A stretch of DNA of 64,000 bases from Callorhinchus milii (lineage: Eukaryota), in assembly GCF_018977255.1 (NCBI RefSeq), contig NW_024704742.1, forward strand, positions 1,860,001-1,924,000, in the 5' to 3' direction. Positions within the stretch are counted from its first letter, which is position 1. Every line of letters begins with the position of its first letter. A model generated the notes under the pieces. It had not been told where the DNA came from. It was given only the letters and a program-made list of their open reading frames with translations, and did not search any database. Of this stretch, positions 14,201 through 25,689 are shown in pieces. Position numbers and translations under genes: made by a program.

Positions 14201-15479
14201 AAAACAGTTAGACAGTTAAAGGCAGGAGATTTGCCATTGAGGTTGTCCTCCCAATGCGAAGGCGCTGTATCAATGTAAATTGATATTGTATTTCACAAGC
14301 CATGATGTTTTTCTCAGTCTAGTGAAGGAGTTTGAAGATCTGGAGGGAAGATGGCCAAGGATATACAGTGGAGAAAGGGGTATGGGGAAATAAGCCGAAG
14401 TATTTTTGTTCAGTACTGAGGAAATATAATTTCACTTCACATGCTCAATCATTTTGGGTCATAAAGTAAAAAGAAACACAAAAAATATATTAAACCATAT
14501 CAAACACTTTGTTTAGTTGGCTGAAGCTGGCTCGGCAAGAGTCTACAGTGCGCTATGGAAAGAATATACAGATTAGACACGAGGGTGACGAAAGGTTGCC
14601 CTTCAAAGAAACTAACTACATTTGAAATGAAAGGTCTCCAGTCAGCTGCCAGGCATGGTCTGCCGGAATAGATGTGAGGAAATCAGATCGAAGGTGAAAG
14701 TAACTTTGGTTGAAACCAGAGGTAGGTTTGAGTGGTTTAGGGACGTGCGGCTGAGAGGAATCCTGCGAGCTTCGCTGAGAGTGTGCAATTTTTGTTTGCT
14801 TTTGCTTACAGACCGAGCGAAGCAACTCATATGGAAGATCAGAGAAAAGATGGTAAAATTATCTTAAAGGAAAGTCTGAACAAAATAGGGATGTTGCCGA
14901 CGGGACCTTTGAGTGCCTTGGGACGTCCTCCCGATGTGAAAGGCGCAAAACGCATGTAATGTGTTGTTGTTGTCGTTGACATTTGAATGGTACAGGATGC
15001 TCCAGAATATAAGGGCTGATGTAGAAAAAGAGCAGTTTTACTGACTAACCTTCTGCACCGGTATTAGTTACACATCACACAAATGACAGAAACGTGAACA
15101 TTTATTGAGGGAGAGGAACCTTCTGTTTTCACATGACGTGGTCTGATTATTGACTCTTCAATGTATTATTGACCAGTGAACTCACTTTGTGTTTGATAAG
15201 CAAGTGCAACCATGAAGTCAATCCAAGTTGTGTTTTATTTGGGGTGGGTGGGAGGGTCATCTCATCTCATTCCAATGGAAATCTCGGAATCTATAGGAGG
15301 AATTACTCTTCGGATTTACTGTTAGTTTTCGAAAATAAACATGTATTCGATTCTCATTCCCGCACCTCGTGTTTAACTTCTTATAGTGTATTTACAACAA
15401 TAATTTACGTATATATTACACCTTCCACATCGGGAGGAAATCTCAGAGCGCTTTGCGCCACTGACTGGGCACTGGAGCT

Positions 15480-15780
15480 GAGGGTGGGGGGTTGAGTTAG
15501 GGTCGGGGAGGAAGGGAAAGTGGACTGAAAGTGCAGTTAAAAAGATGTGGAGGGAGGGGACAAGATGGAGTGACACCAGGGTGGAGTTTAACAGAGTGGG
15601 GGACAGAATGCCAGAGAGCACGCCCATTGATTGTGGGGCAGATTGGGTGGTGGACATGAAGCAGGTTGCTGTTTGCTGAGCGGAGGGAGCGACAGAGACA
15701 GTCGGTTCTAGACCATCACAGAAGGTTGGGTGAGACAAAGCCATGGAGGGATTTGAACATGAGGATGACTTTGATATGCC
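15480..15780 (-). mobile_element. Old L2 ORF2 C-terminal fragment
   Basis: The minus strand reads IKVILMFKSLHGFVSPNL, corresponding to FKILILTYKAIHGLAPSYL in the younger copies. Confidence 0.7.
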
Positions 15781-15804
15781 TGAAATCGAGTCAGGATTGG
15801 GGTG

Positions 15805-16110
15805 ATTGTATTGCTGGAGGCATTGTCCTGCAGATGAGATGTTAAACCGAGGCACGTCTGCCTGTTTAGGTGGACACGAAAGATTCCAATGGCCCTATTC
15901 AAAAAGAGAAGGGAGTTTCTCCCGGTGTTCTGGCCAACAGTCCCCCAAACAAAATCGATCATTCACTTCATGGCTGTTTGTTAGTTACAAATAAGTTACT
16001 GCATTCGCCTCAGTGGTCACCACACGCGCCAGTATAACCTGTGAAGTGCTTTGAGATGTCTTCCTGTTCTGGAAAGAGCGATGTCAACCGTAAGGCTTAT
16101 TATTCTTTAT
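15805..16110 (+). mobile_element. DeuSINE core and tail
   Basis: gatgagatgttaaaccgaggcacgtctgcctgtttaggtggac...gagtttctcccggtgttctggccaaca is the Deu domain. Confidence 0.85.
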
Positions 16111-16962
16111 TTCAGAGGGAAGTAAATCTCCGTCCACCCTTGGTTTCAGGCCAGTAAACACTGGCGACCTTGGAAACTGCGTCTGCATTTGAGATGCACC
16201 TTTGAGACCCAACCCTTGTAAGATTTTTTTTTGGTCAAGTTTGAATGACGCGCGGGGCCCATTGTCATGACTTTGCAGTTATGAAGATTACCCTCAGATG
16301 CAAAAATTAGAACTGGCCTCAATCCAAATTTGGTTGTCGCTCTTACAGATCTCTACTACGAGATCTAATGAAAGAACCCTCTTTCTCCGCACTTGCCTGC
16401 GGCGGTTGCTATTTGTGCTATGTTACAATAATTGTATGCCCGACCTTTGTGCACCTATTGAAAAATTCTGCATAAAATGTCAGCGGTGAACCCTCACATA
16501 CGGCTCTCTCTCTCTCTCTCCCAATCTCATCACTCGGTACTTTGTCTTCTGAACGCTGAGGTTAAATTGAAGAGTTAACCACTGACAGCTCAAGCTTGGA
16601 AGCTGAGGCATAAATCAGGCTCTGATGAAACTCTAGCTTGCCTGTTGACACATCAGGACAAATGTTCCCCAAAAATCACCGGCTTGACTGCTGCTCCTTT
16701 CTGGCTCCAAACTTTGACATTAAAGACAAAGCTAAATGCAGAAAATAATTTAATTGCTTCTACTGCTATTAATTATAAATCTTTGATTATGGGAATTATA
16801 TATATTAATCTTCAATAACAATCCGCGTATTTTATTCAGTGACGTTCATGCCGAGAGGATCTTGCACTTTGAAAGGGCCAGCACAGACACAACGGTCTGA
16901 GTGACACTCTTCTGTGCTGTCAACTTATATTGGCTCTCTGGATCTCAAAAGAATTTCCCAGG

Positions 16963-17080
16963 ATTAATAATAATGATAATAATAATCTTTGCATTTGATA
17001 TAGCGCTTTTCACGTCTTCTCGATGTCTCAAAGCGCTTCACAGAATAGACTGTAAAGTGAATTGACCGTGTATTTGTGAC
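16963..17080 (-). mobile_element. SINE 3' tail fragment with (TTA)n end
   Basis: Same tail as the SINE at 38324; abuts the tail of a second SINE. Confidence 0.8.
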
Positions 17081-18093
17081 AACAATAATAACTCTTGTAT
17101 TTAGTCTCGAGCCTTTCGTGTCAGGAGGGCGTCCCAAATCACTTCCCAGGATATTCTGCAAAGTGCTGTGACTCTGTGGATTTTGTGAGCTATTGCGACA
17201 GCAATTTGTGCACAACAATGTCCAACAAATAGCCATGGAGAGGGCGACCAATTTTTTGTGTGTGTGTGAGGGAGAGTGGGGTTTTGGCCAGGACAGAGAG
17301 AGAGAAATTTCCTTCTCTTTTCAAATAGTACCATGGGATTATTTAACATCCACGTCTTATCTCGCGACCACATCACTCCCACCCTCGCTCGCCTCCACTG
17401 GCTCTCCATCCCCCAGAGGATCGAATTCAAGATCCTCATCCTCACCTACAAGGCCATTCACGGCCTCGCTCCCTCCTACCTCTCTGACCTACTATCCCCC
17501 TACTTACCTGCCCGTACCCTCCGTTCCTCTGGCTCCGGTCTGCTCCACATCCCCCGCCCCAACCGCCCTACCATCGGTGGCCGGGCCTTCAGCCTCTCAG
17601 CCCCGAGGCTCTGGAACTCCATCCCCCAGTGCCTTCGCCGACTCCTCCCTTTCCTCCTTCAAGGCCGGTCTCGAGACCTTTCTCTTTGACCTTCAGCCTT
17701 CAGCTCCCCTCTCGACTCTCTACCCCCTCCTCACACCTTCTCTTCCCTCCCCTCACCATTTCCCCCCTCCTCGCCCCCTCCCTTCCCTCCCCTCACCCTG
17801 ACCATTTCCCCCCTCCTCGCCCCCTCCCTTCCCTCCCCTCACCCTGACCATTTCCCCCCAATGCTCGGATCTTGACCCAACTGTACAGCGCCTTGGGACG
17901 TCCTCCCAACGTGAAAGGCGCTCTATAAATGAAATCTTGTTGTTGTTGTTGTTGTCTGACATTGCAGCCCACACCCCAACATTGTAATGGAGTGTCATCT
18001 TAGACAATATGATTCCAAGTACCAAAGTGGGTCTTGAACCCACAACCTTCTGACTGGGAGGCGAGAGTGCTGCCAACTGAGCTAGGTCGACAC
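17081..18093 (-). mobile_element. Full-length DeuSINE interrupted by a nested L2 (SINE parts 17081-17360 and 17955-18093)
   Basis: Tail and Deu domain lie left of the insert. The tRNA head (minus strand gtgtcgacctagctcagttggcagcactctcgcctcccagtcagaaggttgtgggttcaagaccc) lies to the right. Confidence 0.85.
17361..17954 (+). mobile_element. Young L2 LINE 3' end (ORF2 C-terminus, 3'UTR, (TTG)n)
   Basis: Translates as DHITPTLARLHWLSIPQRIEFKILILTYKAIHGLAPSYLSDLL...GGRAFSLSAPRLWNSIP, the canonical L2 ORF2 C-terminus. The 3'UTR carries a ~46-bp tandem duplication. Confidence 0.95.
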
Positions 18094-18477
18094 ATGAATC
18101 ATTATCGACCGATGATAGACATGAACAGTTCAGAAAGAGGGAGCAAAAATGGAGAATTTGTAAACATCGAAACCTGTTGATAACCGGACGGACGTCAGGC
18201 CCTACTCACCAGAGGTCCACTCCGACACGCCAGAGATTGTATTGGAGCGGAGTTTCTGCTGGTTGTCACGCTCACATCCGGTACAGGCACGGGTTCCATA
18301 TTCATGAATCATTTTCAAAATAAATGTGCGGCAAATATTCCCGACCCTGATACCGTTTAGTTAGACAACAAGGACACACTCAGTTCTCTGGCTAACTGAA
18401 TGTTTCCTGCTATTTGCCCTGCCCTTCCAATAATGATGCTATTGATGATGATGATGATGATAATAATAATAATTAAA

Positions 18478-19104
18478 AATAACATTGATCCGAAATGTCA
18501 TCCAATTATATGTCGTCAAGCACCAGAAACAGTATCTAATTCGACATCACAATCTAACTAAATAATTTCCCTGGACAATTGGTAAATGCTTGGATATTGA
18601 TGTAAAGACCAACTGGTCCGAACAGCAAAAGTGACATCGAAAAATAACATCAGAATAATCGAGGACTCAGAAGTACAAACAGATAAATAGTAATCTGTAG
18701 CAAACCAGAGAGTATCATAAAGAATCCAATAACTTGTACGTGTAGGATTATCGATGTGGTTATTCCAAGAGATAACAACGTAAGAAAGAAGAAAGTAGAG
18801 AGGATCAGGAAATATATCGATCTACAAATTCAATGTGGATGTATGAGGCAATATAAAACATAGTTCCTATAATCTATAATCATTGACGTACCTGGGACTG
18901 TTAATAAGACTATTCAAAAACGGTTTGACAAAATAGCTGGCGAACAAAATATCAACCTCCTGCAAAGAGTTGCTATTTTAGAAGCTCATTAAGAAAATTA
19001 ATATCCATTTAGTCATCTGTAACCGGGCAGCGTTATTCTTGGCTAACCCATCACTGTAAACCACTTAGAAATGACCTCTACAGAGTGATTCAAACTCTAA
19101 TGAC

Positions 19105-19106
<2 letters not shown>
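18478..19106 (+). mobile_element. R4/Dong/Rex6-clade non-LTR retrotransposon 3' end (zinc knuckle plus restriction-like endonuclease), decayed
   Basis: Ordered motifs across frameshifts: DPKC..ICRQAPETV, YLIRHHNL, EVQTDK, CRIIDVVIPRDNNVRKKKVERIRKYIDLQIQ, IIDVPGTV, INLLQRVAIL. TAA/TGA repeats flank both sides. Confidence 0.8.

Positions 19107-19160
<54 letters not shown>
19107..19160. repeat. (TAA)n microsatellite
   Basis: Long perfect ATA/TAA run, adjoining a minus-strand L2/SINE tail at 19161-19215. Confidence 0.95.
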
Positions 19161-19162
<2 letters not shown>

Positions 19163-19228
19163 ACCTTGGATTTGATATAGCACCTTTCAAGTCAGGAGGA
19201 AGCTGCAAAGATGCAGTGTGAATGAAAC

Positions 19229-19546
19229 TGGGGTCCAAATGCAAGTGCGTCTGAATTTGTAATTAAATGTCCAAGTGAAACATTGACCAAATGGATTTAT
19301 AATATTTTCAAATGCTTCGATGAATACCTGATGCCTCGGGTGACATTTGGCATTTAGTCACAACACAGACACAACACACACAACACATTCATATATATAT
19401 AAATATATATATCTTTGTCGCAATGATTTTGTACTCCCTGTTGCATTTTTTTTCTGCCCGGATAGAAAATGCCCCATCGGTATCCAGTACATTTGTAAAT
19501 GCATTTGCATTTGGAGACAACGCATTTGAACTTGTATTTAAACCCG
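19229..19546. mobile_element. Possible MITE-like element with imperfect long inverted termini
   Basis: Left gggtccaaatgcaag...caaatgc versus right gcatttgcatttgga...cttgtatttaaaccc, around a (CA)/(TA)-rich centre. Confidence 0.35.
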
Positions 19547-21654
19547 GCTAAGCTTTCGTAAGATTTTTGTAAGATTTTGTAAGATTACAGAACATTTGTA
19601 TTTGCATTCAAAAGTGCTCCTCCGCTGTGTAAAGTGAAGTAACTGTGTGTTTTGTGGGCAAATCTAATATCGTTAAAGGTTTCGTTAATGCTATCAGGAG
19701 ATGTCAGCTCAACGATTAAGTCCTGTTCTTCGGACATGAAGCCTGCAGCAGACACACAGCGTCAGAAATATCTTACGTCGAAACTTCAATTCCTTTCAAT
19801 TAGCATTTTCCCCTCAGCAAGCTGTGACTGAAAGGCTCCGGTAGCCTTTGTACAGTCACACAAGATGAACCGCAAATTTCTTTTGCAGCACGTTGTTTAT
19901 ACTTAAGGAAATTACTGAGGTGAGGAAGCCGGTGCTGGCTCGGGGCGTCCGGTTTAATTTCATTCGAACATTTAAATCCACGGAAATTGGATTCGAAGTC
20001 TGAACGTCACCCCTTGCTCTCTCTCTCTCTCTCTCGCATCGTCCATACTGGTTGAAGGCCCATTATGACATTTCCCATTGCGTGCTGAGGTGTCCAACGT
20101 ACACACTTTAGCTGTGAAGCTAAGATTTCTGCGTCTGCCGCTTTTAGTTCCCCCTTGTCCACGTGTAGAAACAAACTTGTTCATTTTGGGACGGAAATTG
20201 ATCAAATCCCCACAGTTACATTTACACAATATCCAGATTAGAGCTGTCAAGATTCAGATTGCTCTCTCAACTTCCGTTTTTTTGCATAATTTCTCCTTGG
20301 GGAGGCGTCTTGCCGAGCACGCAATGTTTCCCACATCTTCCTGCGAGTGACGTGTGTGGATTTTAGGGGGGGGGGATTTCAAAAGGGAAGACAATCTGAC
20401 GCCATTCTGAAAAGGTGAGATCCAATGGCGTGAATCTTTATAACATGGGAACCGTTAGTGTTGCCTGTGTTACACAGTGGCTAAAAAGTCAGCATTAGCT
20501 TTGTAGCCCGATGGGTGCGGTGGTGGGAGGGGGCAATAGTGCCAATAACTCAATAAGGTCAGTTTGGTGCCCTTCGCAATACCCAGAACCTATTCTGGAA
20601 CTGACTAAGTGTTGTCCCAGCACCAACCCATTCATTTGGGTGTGATCAGGTGCAGGTAGCAGACATAAAAATAATTATTTTGTTTGGGCAGCCTGGTATC
20701 CGACAGATGAGGAAACCCGTCGCCGTGCTTTTGGAGAATCCTGCTAACTAATTCTAGTAAATTAAGACTTAAATTAATAAATGAAGTGAGATACATGTAC
20801 GTCTTAATTCCCAACTAATTGGTATAGGAGGGCCAGCCTCACCATTTTGTGGTACTGCAAGGTGTAGACACAGATCATTTTGTCTGTCTTTATAAACTGG
20901 ATGAAAGCATTCAGCCATCACATTTGCTTTTGGAACAAAAGAGTCATTGTGTGCAATCCAATACGCGTGTATTAGTTATGTGGTAATGATAAAGTCTTTC
21001 GAACTTCTCTATTCAGCCAATGAATTAGTCGAGGATGGTCTGTGCCTTGGGTCCTTAATCAATAGCTCATTAATAGTTAGTAAAGAATTGTTTAGGATTG
21101 GATTTGTCTTAATTGATCTGAACCAGAGTTTCTCAAACTATGGGCGGGGGGGGGGGTGAAGGGGAGAGGGAAGTCTCCCCGGGGAAGCACATGCTTGCAC
21201 CAGGAGAGGCATCAAGTTGCACACTATGACAAAGTTTCCCTGATCTCGGCACTCTGCGAAAGTAAAGTGTGGATTGTTTTAAATAGTAGCTATCACCGTC
21301 AAATTGTAACTGGCACATCCAATGAGAAATATACCGAGTTTAATTCAGGCAGGCCTTATTCATTTACAAAAGCCACAGTCACTACACTTAACAGTATATC
21401 TTGTGAAACATTTTGAGATGTCCTCCAGACGTGCACTGTGTCAAATGCAATGATTGCTATCGTTCTTATTCTGATAATTTACTCGGATTGCTTTGCCTTC
21501 ATTCCCACGAAAGAGCACAAGGAAACATTTCCTTGGTGAGCTGGTGAAGAGGTTTTGACAGGAGCATCTTTTTTTTTCATTTTTGGACTTGTATTTATTA
21601 TCCAGATTTGACGTGCTCTCGATTCCCTTCATCTGTCAATCGTACTAATCACGA

Positions 21655-22030
21655 TAACAGTAATAATAATCATCATAAAATCCTTGCATTTGATATAGAT
21701 TCTTCTCACGTGATTGAAAAGTCTGAAAGCGCTTCACAGGATTCAGATGTAGTAGTTGTAGGCAAATCCGGTTGCCAATTTACACGCAACAAAGTCCCAC
21801 AAACAGCCATGCAGTGAATAGTCAGTTTTATTTGGGGGTTTGTTGGCTCGGGACACTGGTAACATCTTTTTTCTGGATCCTTCTCTTTTCAAGTAGTGCT
21901 ATTGGATCTTTAACGTCCATCTGAGCAGGAATATCGTCCCTAGGTTTTATCTGAAGGACAGCACCCTCTCTTAGCGTTACACAGAAGTCCCAACCTAGAC
22001 TATGAGCTCAAAGTAGGGTTTGAAATGCTC
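21655..22030 (-). mobile_element. DeuSINE (diverged)
   Basis: Tail, ccaatttacacgcaacaaagtcccacaaacagccatg, and ggatctttaacgtccatctgagcagg. Confidence 0.8.
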
Positions 22031-22409
22031 CTCTGAAGTTAAAGGACTGTTGTTTTATCTAGTTTGCACCCTTCCCATGCAGTATAAACTTCCCAAGTCC
22101 CTGGCATTCAAGCACAAAAACATCTGTCTGCCGCAATTTTACTCTTCCTGTATTTGTTTCCGTAAGTGCACAGCTCTTCTTTACATAATTACACTAAGCC
22201 ATTCTTCAATTATAATCCTCTAATCATTGAATGAACACCCTTCTGCATTGCATCCTTGATCACACTCCTGAAGCCTTCCACAACTAGCTGTCATCCTCAA
22301 ACTTCTCAGATCATCATCCTAGAATCCAGCTAAATCATCACTTGCCAACAAACCTTCACTGTCCTCATCAAAACCACTCGGGCTCCTGTCTTTGAATTAT
22401 TATAAGAAA

Positions 22410-22690
22410 AATCATCATCCTTGCATTCAATATCGCACCTGTCATACCAAAATGTCCCAATATGCTTCACAGGTAAATGCCATCATTTGTAGTTACTGTA
22501 TTTGTAGGCAAACAGACTGCCAATTTGTATGCAGAAACATCGCACAAGCAGTCATGAAGTGAATGACCGATTTATTTGGGAGATTGGTGGCCAGAGCATC
22601 AGGATAAACTCCCTTCTCTTTTCAAAAGGGCTGCAGGAAGTTTTAACCTCCATCTCAGCAGACAGACGGGACCTTGGGTTGGGATGGTCA
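22410..22690 (-). mobile_element. DeuSINE fragment
   Basis: Tail plus aaactcccttctcttttcaaa and gcagacagacgggacc. Confidence 0.7.
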
Positions 22691-24099
22691 AAGATTTTCC
22701 CTGTAAAATGAGCAAATGCAACAAAATACAGTCATTGTCCCTGAATTTCCTATTTATGATTACTTTTGTAAGTTATGTGAACATCACTGCTTCAATATAA
22801 ACGTGTCTGGATAGCTCTCGAAATTTGCTTTGAGAATTTCACAGTAACTGTTGTGGAGCAAATGTGGGAGCGAACCAACAAAACTCACAAGCGGCTATTT
22901 AGCAGTGATCCCAGAAGCTTTCTCCATTAAAGCCAAATCCTAGCATTGAGCCTGTTCTCAGCTCCATTTCCGGGAACAGATTGTGAGCTTCAAAGAGCAC
23001 AGTGCTCGGCCAATTACAGGAATTGTGCCAAAAATGTTGATGTACAAATATGTGGTTGAGAAAAACAACTGCAGAGGTTAATGGACAGTTGGATTCAAGT
23101 GATGTAGTTCCACTGATCAGTTCTTATTTCATTTAAAAGCTTGACAAAGCACTGGCCTGTGACTGCTGTTTTATTCTTCAAGGTGGATATAATTTCCATT
23201 TACTGTTCCAGTGTCCTCATATTCACAGCAAATCTCATGCACTGCATTTCAGAGTCTTCCTTAACACAATAGACTGTAAAACGTTTGCGAGTGCAATTAA
23301 CGCAGTAAATTGTGAACTAGTCACTGGCAAGGAACTGAGTTAAAGAACCCAGGAGTGAAAAATCTATGTATAATTTTCTACTTGATTGTTTTTGTCAATA
23401 CACTGCGCCAGACTCGCTGAAAATGTCAATTGGATTTTGTGGCATATTCTGATGATGAATTTCTTCGAAGTCCACCGCAAACATTATCCATTAGTCAACC
23501 ACTTGTATGTTTCAGTATTTAACAAAAATGTTTGTATTTATTGTTTGGAGAAAAGAAAAGTGCTGTTTTTTTTTTCCCCCCCGTGTCTACCAGTGCATTC
23601 TGCTATTTTAATAGCTTGCCAACCATGCTTCAGTCTTACACCAGAAAACTTCCTGGTGGCAAGTTCAACATCCCAACGTAGCTTCAAGTGAAAAACCTCA
23701 AGTGTTGGGGTCCATGAGCCCACCTGTCCAAATCCCTGACTGCCCAGCACCTTGGGGCATCCTCCTGACGTGAAAGGCGCTATACAAATGTAATTTGTCA
23801 TAATTGTTGTCGCTATGCATTCACTATCGTGAATTGGCACAGGCTTCATAGGACACCTACGAGATAGATCACCTTGAAAACTCCACAAATGCTGAATCTC
23901 TGAAGCTAGGCGTGAATTATCTTAGGCTGGTCAAAAGAAGATCTTTGCCAAAACGCTCCGCTCCGCGACACTACCCCGCAGGAAAGGCTCTATATCAATG
24001 CAAGTTGTTTTATTGTATCTTTCTAGAATACCCACCCTATCATTGTCCCATGACGGAATCCAGCTGTTTATTATATGAGCAATATGTTCAGTCCTGGCC

Positions 24100-24480
24100 T
24101 TATGACTTCTCAGTAATTGGTTGCAGGTGTGAAAATAAATACCTTCCAGTTTCTGTCCTAAAGTTACCTCGTTGCAAATCCTGGATCTGTGCCCTCTTTG
24201 TCCTTCTGCCTTGGTAGGCCTGAAATTATTGTTATGAGTTTATTTTATCCCACTCTAATAAAGTGGGCTTCCTCATAGGATAGGAGTCTTGGATGCCACC
24301 CCTTGTAAAAATGCAAGTTATTGATAGCTCTTCCAGGTCCTCGAAAGAGATCTATTTTCAAGGATGAACTAGAATGGTTCTAGGTACTCCAGGTGGAGCC
24401 TGACCAAGGCACTGTTCATCTTGAGCAAGCCGTCTGAGGATCTGAACTGAACACATTTGTCAGTGTAGCCTAGTGTCGTG
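24100..24480 (-). mobile_element. CR1 ORF2 3' fragment
   Basis: gtgtgaaaataaataccttccagtttctgtcctaaa...tgtgccctct is the reverse of the CR1 TRGH...RxxFFT motif. Confidence 0.55.
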
Positions 24481-25662
24481 ATTGCCATGTGTGTTGCTAT
24501 TTCTCACTGTTTGGACATGATTTGATTCAGTCAAATGCCATAGTATCGCTGAAGTGCTTTAATCGAGTCCAAGACCACCATACCTCGGTGGAAGATTAAG
24601 TGAAGCTGTGCCAGTTACTGTAGAAAGCAATTATATGACATAGTTTGCATTGATTCAGTTTGATTGCAGAGTAAAATCAATGTTGAACGTGCAGTGCAAC
24701 CAACGTTTACCAACTTGATTTGATTTTAGACACAGCGCAGGCAGCAAACCTCCAGGAGGTTTACAATTGAACTATTGACTACCAGCTGCAGTGTGTAACT
24801 CTGGTTTGACTGATGTCAGTGCAAATCTAATTGGGCAGGTCCTTTGAACCATCATTACGGTTCTTATTGCAGCTAAAGAAATTAACAGGCATTAAGTGTT
24901 GGGTACCTGTCTTCCAGTTTGACTTTGCCCCAAGAGAGAATGATTTGAAGCCATTACTGTAACTGTGGTTCATTGGTTTCTATTCACTCCAGTGGCTCAA
25001 ATGAGTGGCAGCGGTAAAACTGGGGCATTAATAATGGAAGCTTTCAACAGGATGGCTCCAAAATGCCGACAAGCTAGGTGAAAAGTTCCTCTTGTTACCA
25101 AATGTATAAACTTTATGACATGAAAATACACTTTAAAAATATATATACTGGCCAAGAGGTACATAAGAATATAAGAATTTGCTAGGCGAAAGAAAGGTCC
25201 ATCTAGTTCGTCTTCCACCAATTCGGCAGTCGCTTGACGTGTTGTGTCCCAAACTATATCCTGTGCCGTTTTCCTTCATGGTCTTAAATGCCTTCTTTTT
25301 TACCTCTTCATGAGTTGCTTTGTGGCCCCATCTAACCAGGAAGGAGTACCCTCAAGCTTGGTACCTTTGCTTTGCGCAGGTACACGTTGGTTCATTGCAC
25401 TCCAAATCACTGCCTTGAATGATCTCCTGTAAGAGAATGGTACAGTGAAATTGAGCGGGCAGATTGGGTGGGATACACACAATTATTGACGTGAGTCCTG
25501 ATGCACACACCACCACCAGCGTCAGAGAGTTTAAAACATCCCAAAAGTACTGGAGGGTTGGATTTGGACTTGTTCCGACTCCCCAAACACATTAAAAACC
25601 CTGACTCGCTCTATGCTCCGAAACGCTAGCCCATGTGAAGGGCACTGTACAAATACAAGGTT

Positions 25663-25689
25663 TTGTTGTTGTTGTTGTTGTTGTTGTTG
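25663..25689. repeat. (TTG)n tail of a decayed L2 end
   Basis: Follows gtgaagggcactgtacaaatacaa. Confidence 0.75.

Noticed and set aside
17193-17801. Longest ORFs in the track (202 aa here; 189-196 aa at 35853-36545)
   Set aside because: Alternative frames of C-rich L2 sequence; the real frame is a truncated L2 ORF2.
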